Part shown: piece by piece, positions 43,343-53,045 of the stretch | How the letters are laid out: the number at the start of each line of letters is the position of its first letter | Position numbering within the stretch: position 1 is the first letter of the stretch | DNA from: an uncultured Methanomicrobiaceae archaeon | GTDB taxonomy: Archaea > Halobacteriota > Methanomicrobia > Methanomicrobiales > Methanoculleaceae | DNA: 64,000 nucleotides | Direction: 5' to 3' | Assembly (NCBI GenBank): GCA_963826525.1 | Contig: CAWGXH010000005.1 | Location: 64,001-128,000, forward strand | Notes under the pieces: model-generated | Database searches by the model: none | Seen by the model: the letters and a program-made list of their open reading frames with translations, nothing else | What the model was told of the DNA's origin: nothing | Made by a program: the position numbers and the translations under genes

Positions 43343-43983
43343 TAGCACTCTTCTGGGTTATAGTTAGTAGTGAAAAATGCCACCCCCTCATACTTGACAT
43401 CACACTCTTCAAAAACAGCTCAACTCAGATCAACACTGCTCTTGTGTTCAATGTGAGCGCCCTTTTCAAAGATTACAACATCGTCCGGAAATTACCCGGC
43501 CGCATATCGCCGTTATGCCTTGATGATCCTGCCGCTTTTAAGGCATCAGGCCGATCTGCTCCGGTTAATTCCCATGCCGCGATTCGTCCTCTGAAGGTTT
43601 CGTTAAAATCGGAAAATGATAGTCCGGCATCATCAACTCAGTATTCTCATGGGAGCCAATATGTGTTATCTCCGGGGATCAGGCCGCCCTGAGGCCTTGT
43701 TGTAAATTGTGTACGGCGCCGATCTCCAGTGCGATCGATGAATCCATTCTCATAAGGTGTTCGCCGGACTCACAGAAAGAGCCCGAACACGATTTCTACA
43801 GAGCGTATCCTCTATTGTCTTATAATGAACCATGCAGTTCAAAATCCAACCAATGAAACGGGCTATACCATGCTCCTCAAGTTGTCCGGCTTTTACCGTC
43901 AGGCTTGTCCCGTTACGATTGATGGTCTGCACAAACTTCGTAACCGTTATCGTTCCTGTTACGGTATCTTTCCATGACTCATC

Positions 43984-45363
43984 ATGAAACCCGAGAAAGC
44001 CTTCATACTCACGATCACCCTCCTTATCACAATTTTCCTTGCCATCTCTGCAGGCTGCATCGGGCCCGGTCAGCAATCGCAGGCTTCGCCTGTCGTCACT
44101 GCAGCTGCCACGCCTGCCGGTGACCGCCCCTCGCTCGTGTTTACGGATGAGGAATTTGCTTTCGAGCTCCGGCGAACACTCGGCGCCGCGTATTCGGGAG
44201 AGGCCGATATCGGCGAGTGCCTTGCCACTGCGTCCCGGATCAAAGAGGGAGACTTTGAAAGCTGGTATGGCGAATGGAACAAGACTGCGGACACCTTCAG
44301 GACGGCGGGTGACGAGAGCCTCGCGGCCGGGCACAGGGTTACCGCAAGGGAAGCATACTACCGGGCCGCAACGTACTACCGCACAGCCGAGTTCTTCCTG
44401 CATGGCAATCCCACCGATCCCCGCATCGTGGAGACCTGGGAAAAGAGCCGGGATTCGTTCCGCGACGCACTCTCGCTCGATGTCGTCCCGTACCAGATCG
44501 TCGCCATCCCGTACGAGAATACGACGCTGCCGGGTTACTTCTATATAGTCGACGACTCCGACGAACAGCGGCCGCTGCTCATCGTCCAGACCGGCTTTGA
44601 CGGCTGCCAGGAGGAACTCCATCCGTATGCGATGGAAGGGATCAAACGCGGATATAACGTCCTGACGTTCGAGGGGCCGGGCCAGGGCGAAGTGATACGG
44701 ATCCGGCATATCCCGTTTCGTCCCGATTGGGAGAATGTGATCGGCCCTGTCGTGGACTATGCGGTGAGCCGGCCCGACGTCGACGAAGACCGGATTGCAC
44801 TCTGGGGAATCTCGCTCGGGGGCTACCTCGCCCCCCGCGGTGCCGCATATGAGCCACGGATCACGGCGCTGGTCGCGGACGCAGGCACCTACGACGTCGG
44901 ACAGACACTCCTGCGGAGCCTGCAGGAAGGCGGGGGAGCGGCCGCTAACCTGACGGAAGAAGAGCTGCAGGAATGGCTGCAGACGGATCCGGTTGAGTTC
45001 AACAATGCTCTCCGCGATGCCATGGCACACGATACCGGCACCCGCTGGCTGAACGAGAACGGGATGTTCGTCTTCAATGTCAGCTCGCCGGCACAGTTCT
45101 GGGCGAAGTGGATGGATTTTTCACTCGTCGGAATTGCCGAAAAGATACGGTGCCCCACGCTGGTCGGTGCCGGTGCGGCCGATCACTTCGACCCGGGCGG
45201 GGTGCAGGCACAGGCACTCTACGACCACCTCGCCTGCGAACGGGACCTTATGGTATTCTCCGACGAGTACGGTGCCGGGTCGCACTGCCAGCTCGGGGCG
45301 TTCGCGCAGTCGTTTGCCGCCAAGTTCGACTGGGTCGACGATACGATGGGAATGAGCGGATAA
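43984..45363 (+). CDS. Lipoprotein alpha/beta hydrolase (FrsA/DUF1100-like)
   Basis: ISAGC lipobox, TGFDG..EE, FEGPGQG, GISLGG nucleophile, HCQ. Confidence 0.85.
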   Translation: MKPEKAFILTITLLITIFLAISAGCIGPGQQSQASPVVTAAATPAGDRPSLVFTDEEFAFELRRTLGAAYSGEADIGECLATASRIKEGDFESWYGEWNKTADTFRTAGDESLAAGHRVTAREAYYRAATYYRTAEFFLHGNPTDPRIVETWEKSRDSFRDALSLDVVPYQIVAIPYENTTLPGYFYIVDDSDEQRPLLIVQTGFDGCQEELHPYAMEGIKRGYNVLTFEGPGQGEVIRIRHIPFRPDWENVIGPVVDYAVSRPDVDEDRIALWGISLGGYLAPRGAAYEPRITALVADAGTYDVGQTLLRSLQEGGGAAANLTEEELQEWLQTDPVEFNNALRDAMAHDTGTRWLNENGMFVFNVSSPAQFWAKWMDFSLVGIAEKIRCPTLVGAGAADHFDPGGVQAQALYDHLACERDLMVFSDEYGAGSHCQLGAFAQSFAAKFDWVDDTMGMSG

Positions 45364-46034
45364 ATGGGCCGGAATAACACCATCCGGGCTACGGTGCGAG
45401 CGCCTCCGGCGGGCGGGGTGCCGGCCCCGGGATGCGAGGGACACGCCCTCTCTTCGCCCTGGAAGGAGGGTATATTAGCGTTCTTTTTCGATTTTAGCGA
45501 CGATATCAGAGTGCGGATTTTGGCCGTGGAATTAGCGACGTAAATCGCTCCGATTGCTGAAAGACGGCAGGATCGCGAGGCCATAATGGCTATATGAGCG
45601 AAGGTAATTTTTTGACGATGTTTTGTATGGCTCGCCTCGAGATCGGCCGTCTACGGGCTTCTATGGGGGTGGTTATTCCGGCAGATTCGGCCGGGATTGT
45701 GGGTATTTAAGTGTTGCTTGACCGGAACGGCAGCCTGCATGCCCGGGCTTGAGAACCGGTGATGCGAACGGCCGCCGGTCTATCGTGCGATGCTTTTTAT
45801 CCGGTGTATCGGCAGAGATGCCCCGGTTCGGGGTTTCCCCGGCGAACGATATCGAAATGCCGCTCCAGTGCCCGATCATACGTGTACTCTGGAACCTCCC
45901 GTGAGGAGATGTCCCATTCCTGGGAGAGAAAAAGCCCCTGACCGCGGGTGCATGAAGCATATGCCCGCGTTGAAAAATACCGGCACCATTTTTGCTTATG
46001 ATTGCACAACCCTCATTCCGGAGCTGGAACGTTC

Positions 46035-46232
46035 ATGGAAAAATCACTCGTGTGTCCCCGGTGCGGCAAGTCGACCCTGAAGGCAGAATTCCCCGACCAG
46101 TATGAGGTCTGGCTCAAATGCTCCTCCTGCGGGCTCTTTTTGGGGATGAGCCACAACGAATGGCACCATATGGAGAACAGCCCCAATATTAACCAGAAGA
46201 TCCGTAAGTTGGCGGAGAAGACGGGGGAATAA
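46035..46232 (+). CDS. Small zinc-finger protein
   Basis: CPRCG...CSSCG, 65 aa. Confidence 0.55.
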   Translation: MEKSLVCPRCGKSTLKAEFPDQYEVWLKCSSCGLFLGMSHNEWHHMENSPNINQKIRKLAEKTGE

Positions 46233-46326
46233 TCCGGTCGGATTTCGGTTTTCCGACAGACTATCTCCCTGTACATGGGCGATCTCTTGGGACTTCCCCG
46301 GAGATCTCTTAAAAGCCCTTTTTTAC

Positions 46327-46374
46327 GATCAAAACATGCAGAAAGCCCACGACTTTAGTCGTGGGAGCAGTCAC
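46327..46374 (+). mobile_element. Minimal IS200/IS605-derived palindromic element (48 nt)
   Basis: TTAC, 15 nt, AAAG, hairpin CCCACGAC-TTTA-GTCGTGGG, AGCAG-TCAC. Confidence 0.7.
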
Positions 46375-46797
46375 GAAGAAGATCCTATGTCCCGCATGGA
46401 CGTTCTTTCGATCATTCGGACGGCTGCGCAATCCTCCGGCCACGCCATCGTGGTATCCCGGGAAGGAGAAGTCGTGATCCCATGAATCCTGTTTTTGTGG
46501 TGAAATTATTCTTTGTTGTTGCATAGGTGCTTCGAAGTCGGCTCTGGAATTACCTCTATTAACGCATCCCTGCTGCCTGCTTTGGAATATCTCCTCCTCG
46601 CCGCTCTGCCCTGTTTCACTGTGATATCCCGGGGGTGCTCGCGGAGATCATGGGAGACCAAAGGCCGTCAATCTCCGCAAATGTTCTTCGAAAAAGCCCG
46701 AGATTCTCATGAAAACCCATCCCGTTTCAGGGTGCTTTTCCGTCGAAACTCCTGCGTCCGGATCTTTCCCGATTGGCACCATGCAAACTTTTATGAC

Positions 46798-46817
46798 ATT
46801 ATGCGCATATGTGTAAT
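46798..46817. promoter_or_regulatory. Imperfect palindrome, candidate operator upstream of the DUF5320/NifB-NifX operon
   Basis: ATTATGCGCATATGTGTAAT directly after TATA-like TTTTATGA and before SD GAGGTG. Confidence 0.35.
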
Positions 46818-46846
46818 ATATCTCATAGATATGAGGTGAATACAGA

Positions 46847-47056
46847 ATGCCAGGTTTTGATGGTACCGGACCCGCTGGACAGGGTCCGATGACGGGATGG
46901 CGCCGCGGGCGATGTATGCCGGCGCAGGTACAGGTCGGAGATGAACAGGGCACCCCTGAGGCTCCACGGGCTACCCCGGTCTACGGCCTTGGCCGTGGCG
47001 GACTGCCGTGCGGCTGCGGCAGAGGCTTCGGCGGCGGACGACGGCGGAGAATGTGA
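46847..47056 (+). CDS. DUF5320-family small Gly/Arg-rich protein
   Basis: MPGFDGTGP.GQGPMTG..RG.C; SD GAGGTG. Confidence 0.8.
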   Translation: MPGFDGTGPAGQGPMTGWRRGRCMPAQVQVGDEQGTPEAPRATPVYGLGRGGLPCGCGRGFGGGRRRRM

Positions 47057-47070
47057 GGGGTGATCGAGTA

Positions 47071-47427
47071 ATGAAGATAGCAATCGCCAAAGACGGTAAC
47101 CAGGTCTCCGAGCACTTCGGGCACTGCGAAGGGTATGCGATATACCGGGTCGAGAACTCGATCATCTTCACAGAGGGCACCCTTGCAAGCCCCGGCCACG
47201 AGCCCGGACGGCTTCCGGTATTCTTGAGCGAACACGGGGTCAACCTCGTGATTGCGGGCGGTATGGGCCCTCGAGCCGTCGAGCTCTTTGCAGCGAACGG
47301 CATCGAGGTGCTCCTCGGCATCGGCGGACCAATCGACTGCGTCGCACAGGACTACATCGCGGGCCGCCTCTCGCCGGGTGAGAGTTCGTGCCACCACGGG
47401 CACGAGGGCTGCGACGGAACGCACTAA
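47071..47427 (+). CDS. NifB/NifX-family (FeMo-co binding fold) protein
   Basis: MKIAI...SEHFGHC, GGMGPRA, C-terminal CHH. Confidence 0.88.
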   Translation: MKIAIAKDGNQVSEHFGHCEGYAIYRVENSIIFTEGTLASPGHEPGRLPVFLSEHGVNLVIAGGMGPRAVELFAANGIEVLLGIGGPIDCVAQDYIAGRLSPGESSCHHGHEGCDGTH

Positions 47428-47702
47428 AGGAAAGATCCGCCCTTCCCGCACCGGGAGCCTGCACTTGCATCGACCGATGCCGTCCGGGTTCCTGTGCGAG
47501 CGGATCAGACTGCACGTATCCTCACGGTTCGGCCGGGGAACGCCCCGCAGCCGAACCACTATCCCGGTCATCAGTGCCTTCCGGTCACCCCTCCGGGGTG
47601 TTCTTGAAGGTGTCTGATTGCTCCTGGTTCCCCATTCTGTGGTCGAGTCAGGCGGCTATTATGTTTATAGGTTGACAAAATAATAGAGGAGTTGAATCTA
47701 GC

Positions 47703-48038
47703 ATGAAAGTATGTGTTACAGCGCGTGCCTCAGGACCTGAGGCACCGGTAGAAGAGCGATTCGGAAGAGCGCCCTACTTTGTCTTTGTCGATACGGAGAC
47801 CGGCGAGTCGCAGAGCATAGCGAACGGTTTTGCCGATGCGGCAGGCGGTGTCGGGCCGAGAGCGGTGCAGCTTGTCGCCGATGCCGGCGCAGAGGTCCTG
47901 ATCACCGGGCAGGTGGGTGGAAACGCTGCGAAAGCGCTGCAGGCATCCGGCATCAAGGGTTATACCTACCGGGGCGGTGGCCGTGTGGCGGATGCGCTGG
48001 AGCAGTACGCCGCCGGGAAACTTCAGCCGCTGCTGTGA
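47703..48038 (+). CDS. NifB/NifX-family protein
   Basis: RFGRAPYF, GGVG, ITGQVGGNA. Confidence 0.88.
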   Translation: MKVCVTARASGPEAPVEERFGRAPYFVFVDTETGESQSIANGFADAAGGVGPRAVQLVADAGAEVLITGQVGGNAAKALQASGIKGYTYRGGGRVADALEQYAAGKLQPLL

Positions 48039-48902
48039 GTGATGCAGAGATGAAGATCGTCGTTGCCAGTGGGAAGGGGGGCACCGGGAAAAGCACCGTG
48101 ACGGCAAACCTTGCATACTCGCTCTCGCTGACACGCGAGGTGGCGGTCGTCGACTGCGATGTAGAGGAGCCGAACCTCCATCTCTTCTTCCCGTCGGCTT
48201 CGACGGATCTGCCGGTTACCGTCACTATTCCCGAGATTGATCAAAGCCGCTGCACCCTCTGCGGCGAATGCGGGAAGTTCTGCCGCTACGGCGCACTGAC
48301 CGTGCTCCGGGACAGGGTTCTCGTCTTCCCCGAACTCTGCCACTCCTGCGGCGGATGCAGGCTTCGTCTGCCCGCAGGGTGCGATACGGGAGGTCAGGCG
48401 CCCCATCGGGGTGGTGCGGTGCTCCCGGCCTCTGCCCACGCTGACCCTCATCAGCGGGTTCTTACGGGAAGGCGAGGTGCAGGCGCCTCAGGTGATCCGT
48501 ATGGCCAAACTGCTGGCGGAAGGGCACCCGCTTATTCTGTACGATTCGTCGCCGGGAATTGCCTGCCCGGTCATCGAAACAATGGAGGGGTCGGATGTCT
48601 GCATTCTCGTCACCGAGTCGACGCCGTTCGGCCTGCACGACCTTCGCCTGGCTGCGGAGGTGGCAGGGAGTCTCAATCTCCCCTCGGGGGTCGTGATCAA
48701 CCGGAGCGACGGGAGGGATGAGGCGATCACGGAGTTCTGCCGGGAACAGGGACTCCCGGTTCTCATGACGATCCCCTTCGACCGGAAGATAGCCGCCGTC
48801 CAGAACACCGGCGGCCTGATCAGCCGCGATCTGCCGGGCTGGGCCGAGCGCTTCATCGATCTCTTCGGGAAGGTCTCGGAACGTGCCGGGGTGAGGACAT
48901 GA
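48035..48902 (+). CDS. MinD/Mrp-like P-loop ATPase with [4Fe-4S] insert, frameshift near 48365
   Basis: SGKGGTGKS, DCDVEEPN, CxxCxxC, TESTPFGLHD. Confidence 0.85.
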
Positions 48903-49769
48903 TCCGGCTTGCCGTGATCAGCGGGAAGGGCGGCACCGGGAAGACGATGGTGACGGCCGCCCTCGCGGATATCGGCCGGATGCCTCAGGTGCTTGCCGAC
49001 TGCGATGTGGATGCCTCCAATCTCGAACTGCTCTGTGCACCCCGGCGGATCGGTACAGAGCCCTTTATGGGGCTGGAGGTGCCCCGGTTCGATCCGGAGT
49101 ACTGCCGTGACTGCGGGATCTGTGCAGACCGGTGCAGGTTCGGCGCGATCGTGCGCCGGGACGATGCCTGGCAGGTCGACGCCATACACTGCGAGGGGTG
49201 CGGTGCCTGTGCATACGCGTGCCCTATGGGGGCGATTGCCATGGTACCCCGGGTCTGCGGGGAGATCTACACCTCGGAGACGGAATGCGGACGCCTGGCG
49301 CACGCCCGGTTGAACCCTGGGGCAGGGAACTCCGGGCTGCTCGTGCACGAGGTCAAAAAACGTGCGAACGGCATGGCAGACCGGGTGCGATCTGCTGCTT
49401 GTCGACGGGCCGCCGGGGATCGGCTGTCCGCTGATCTCGACGATCAGCGGGATGGATGCGGTGCTCATCGTCACCGAACCGAGCGTCTCCGCACTGCACG
49501 ATCTCGGGCGGCTGGTGACGGTCTGCCGCCGGTTTGGCGCCCGGATCTTCGTCGCGATCAACCGATTCGATCTCGCGGAGACGATCACGCGGGAGATACT
49601 GGCGTACTGCGAGGAGGAGGGGCTGACCGTGGTGGGCCTGATTCCGTTCGATCCGCTGGTGATCGAAGCCGTCAGGAACAATCAACCGGTGACCCGCATG
49701 GATTGTCCTGCAGCGAAAGTTATTGGAGAACTGAGCGATAACCTCTTCTTCGAAACTGAGGAGAGCGTG
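48899..49769 (+). CDS. Second MinD/Mrp-like [4Fe-4S] ATPase, frameshift near 49383; reads in frame into DUF134
   Basis: SGKGGTGKT, DCDVDASN, DGPPGIGCP, VTEPSVSALHD. Confidence 0.82.
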
Positions 49770-50142
49770 ATGGTGCCGGAAAGGAATGGGTGCTGCCGAA
49801 AACAGCGCGGGAGGCCGCGGGTACGTCGAACGATCGCAAGTGAAGGCGCCTACCGCTGCTATGCTCCGCTCTGCACCGAAGATGCGCATGAGGGTGGGAT
49901 GGTGATGCTTCTCCCCGAGGAGGTCGAGGTGCTGAGACTCGATCGATCTCGAGGGCCTTGAGCAGGAAGAGGCGGCTGCCCTGCTTGGAGTCTCCCGCAA
50001 GACGGCGTGGCGGGATCTGCACGAAGCCCGGCGAAAGGTCGCCGATGCCCTGGTGAACGGAAAGACCCTGGGGATCGCCGGATGTGCCCGCCGGAGGTGC
50101 GGCACCTGTCCGCACGAAGACGAGGCTGACGATCTCGCATAG
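49770..50142 (+). CDS. DUF134 HTH DNA-binding protein, frameshift near 49940
   Basis: GRPR..R, EE.E.LRL.DLEGLEQEEAA..LGVSR.T.WR.L..AR.KVADALVNGK. Confidence 0.85.
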
Positions 50143-50811
50143 TCGGCACCTGCGCAGGGAGGGGGCTCGACCTGCCCATCCTCCGCGATGTAATAACCGG
50201 AAATACGATTCCGGTCGGTATTCGATGAGGTGGTACTTCCCCGGGAACCGACCGCTCTCATCGGTCGACCCCGTGACCATAACGGCCTCGCCGGCGTTGT
50301 CGGATGAGGCGTACGTAGAAGTCCACTGCTCGCTTGCGTTTTTCCCCGGTTCCATTCCCGCACTCTTCGGGGCACGATCATTTCCTGCAACGATCCTCGC
50401 GGCCTGGAGCGAACGCTGTCTTCCGGCTATTCGAGAGATGCCGCACTCTCACCGGGTGTGAACCTGTGATGCCACCAGTGCCGGGTCAGGACGACCCCGG
50501 GTTGTACGTGCCGCGGAACGTCTCCTTCGCTCTGCAATCTGGGTGATGGCCGGAGATGAGAGAGACGGCATAGCTCCGGTCCGGAGTATGCGTGTATACT
50601 GGTTCTCTGAACCGCTCTCCTGCTGCACGGTATCTCAAACGAGCGCGCGCCTCTCCCGGAGTACCGCCGCACGAGCGTCAGCGCATCACACTCCGGTTCC
50701 GTGATCCGTCGGGTGTGAGGCAGGTTTCCCGTCTTCGAAGGCAAAAGGCATCTTCGATGCCCCTTTGACAATTCGGGGAGCAGTGCCTGGAGAATGGGGG
50801 GCTCAAAAAAG

Positions 50812-51126
50812 TTATTTGCTTAGATAATTGTTCTTCTGCAGCCACTCGACCTGCGGCCGGATATATCGGTAGATGATATCGCACTTCTCGTCCTGGAAGT
50901 CCCAGGGGACGACGATGAGGAGATCACCTTCTCGTATCCAGAGTCTCTTCTTGATCTTGCCTTTGATTCTCCCCATGCGGGTAACGCCGTCCTCGCACCG
51001 TACACGGATATGGTTGGCTCCAAGCATGAGCTCGGCACGGGCGAAGATCTCTCTGTTCCGTTTCTTCGGCAACCGTACCCGAACGATCTCCGTATTCTCG
51101 CTTGCCTGGCCTTTCTTCTCTGTCAG
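50812..51126 (-). CDS. eif1a: Translation initiation factor aIF-1A; apparent CTG start
   Basis: RVRLP, MLGANHIRVRC.DG..R.GRIKGK, WIREGD, PWDFQDEK. Confidence 0.92.
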   Translation of the reverse strand: MTEKKGQASENTEIVRVRLPKKRNREIFARAELMLGANHIRVRCEDGVTRMGRIKGKIKKRLWIREGDLLIVVPWDFQDEKCDIIYRYIRPQVEWLQKNNYLSK

Positions 51127-51458
51127 TTAATCAACTCCGGATACATTGTTACTTCTCCTCCGTATAATAAACTCAGATGCACGGGTATATCAAGGGTTCG
51201 AACCGTTAATAAAGTAACTGTCATCCGGGCGGTGCATCTCGAAAAACGTCCGGGCTGGTATCCGGCTACCGGAGATGAACTCGGGGCGTACGGTGGATGC
51301 GGCCGGGTGCCGGGCTGCCCTCCTGCATAGGATTCTGCGGCCTCTCCGTACCGATGGTGATCGGCGGTCCAGAATCGCCTCACATCAGGCCAACAAAAAC
51401 CTTTTCTCCAAAAGATACATTATGCTTTGAGCGAAATTAAGTTGCAGAGGAGATCCGA

Positions 51459-51719
51459 ATGGAAAGCAATAAGCTGTACGTTGGAAACCTTACCTATTCG
51501 GTAAATGAAGAACAGTTAAGAGAGCTCTTTTCCCCATACGGGGATGTTAAAGAGGTCCGTGTTATCGAACGCAAAGGCTTTGGGTTTGTCGAGATGGGAA
51601 GCCCCGAAGAGGCTGAAAAAGCAAAAGAGGGACTGAACGAAACCGTTTACGAAGGCCGAACCTTACGGATCGACGAGGCGCGCCCCCAGCAGCCACGAAG
51701 AGAGTTTCGAAGATTCTAG
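51459..51719 (+). CDS. RRM-domain RNA-binding protein
   Basis: RNP2 LYVGNL, RNP1 KGFGFVEM. Confidence 0.92.
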   Translation: MESNKLYVGNLTYSVNEEQLRELFSPYGDVKEVRVIERKGFGFVEMGSPEEAEKAKEGLNETVYEGRTLRIDEARPQQPRREFRRF

Positions 51720-51959
51720 TGGATTATCATATGGGGCGCACCCATTTCACAGGTGACGAACGTCGGATGCAGAGATGCGCCCGCTGTTCGCCGGTGAGGG
51801 TGCCCCTGGAACAGTAGATCCCTGATAATACACAAAAATACTCTTTCTCTCATCGATGTAATCTCGCTCTCCCCAGTAGCGGCCTCTACCTGCTGATGCG
51901 GGTATCCGTCGTGGCGGGGAGCGGCATCGGGCTCTTGTTCACCGTATCGAAGTGCGTAT

Positions 51960-52490
51960 ATGTCCCGGCATCCACCTGCAGGTATGTCCGCCTCCGGGAA
52001 GAAGTGCGGTCTGCCGCCGGAGATAGGCCTATCGCCGCGCATGATGATTCTGGGGAGTTTTCCGAGTGTTGAGGCGCTTCTGTGGGGTCAGTACTATCGG
52101 CACCGGCAGAATCTGTTCAGGCGCATTATGAGCGATCTCTTCGCCATCTCCGGCCGACCTTCCGTACCATGAAATGATCGCCGTACTGGAGCAGCATGGT
52201 ATCGCGCTCTGGGATGTCATCGGGTCATACAAGCGGGTAGGAAGCAGTGACTCCAGGATTTCAGGGGCGGAGCGAAACGATCTGCCTGCTCTCCTCGAGA
52301 GGCATCCGAAGATCAGGCAGATCGCACTTCGCGGGAGAAAAGCGGAAGACCTGTTCCGAAAGAATTTTCCCGGCGTTTTCGAGCGATTCGCCGTCCACAG
52401 ACTCCCCTCGACGAGTTCTGCATATGCAGCGATGCGGCATGCCGAGAAGCGTGAAGCATGGCGAGCCATCTGCAACTGGATCGCCGAAGA
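51960..52490 (+). CDS. UDG-superfamily DNA-deoxyinosine glycosylase-like; frameshifted, ends approximate
   Basis: ILGSFPS..., QYY.H.QN.F, IALWDV, LPSTSSA. Confidence 0.7.
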
Positions 52491-52512
52491 ATGCTGCGCT
52501 GGTGCTCCTGGT

Positions 52513-52824
52513 TCAGTCCGGTGGCGCCGATGTAGCGACCACCTCCCCGTCGTAGGTCTCGAGCGTCAGCCTTCGGGCAATACCGCTCTCTTTCAGCCAG
52601 TCACGGTAACGCTCCGCACCCGGTCTTCCAAGGTCCTCCGACTCCCATTCCGCGACGGCGATCGTCGTACGCTCGTCGGCACGCATGAGCCGGTAACTGA
52701 TAAAACCCGGCTGCTGCCGAAATACTCTGACACCCTCGGTATGAATCCTCTGGAAGATCGCGTCCGCCTCGCCGGATCTTAAGTCGATCGTCCATCTCCC
52801 GATGGTTGCGCGAAGATAGGTCAT
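52513..52824 (-). CDS. ABM-like dimeric alpha-beta barrel protein
   Basis: QQPGFISYRL...EWESE pattern. Confidence 0.65.
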   Translation of the reverse strand: MTYLRATIGRWTIDLRSGEADAIFQRIHTEGVRVFRQQPGFISYRLMRADERTTIAVAEWESEDLGRPGAERYRDWLKESGIARRLTLETYDGEVVATSAPPD

Positions 52825-53045
52825 GCCCTTCCCTTACGTCCCGTGGTGATATATCCGACGGTCGGAAGCGCGCTATCTCCTTCCCGGGTGCTGCCTTCAG
52901 TGGAGCGGGTTGCAGGGCAACTCCCCGTCAGCCCGTGCACGATAGAAGATGCGCCTACCGATCAATCCTGACGCCTCCCCGGAAAGCGGTATTCAAAAAA
53001 GGCGTTTCGGAATGGCTAAATGGGAGATCCCGACCATACTTCTGT

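Noticed and set aside
43343-43980. Prophage or integrase at the tRNA-Leu 3' end
   Set aside because: No integrase motifs or att duplication visible; only unassignable ORF fragments.
46681-46707. Loose similarity to the TnpB guide flank at 8765-8787 (ttcgaaa..gcccg..ttct)
   Set aside because: Needs several gaps and has no supporting TAM; likely chance.
47071-48038. Nitrogen fixation cluster
   Set aside because: Only NifB/NifX-fold small proteins; no nifH/D/K/E/N in the window.
50160-50800. Possible gene or ncRNA between DUF134 and aIF-1A
   Set aside because: Only short ORFs without recognisable motifs; may be a decayed gene but cannot be supported.
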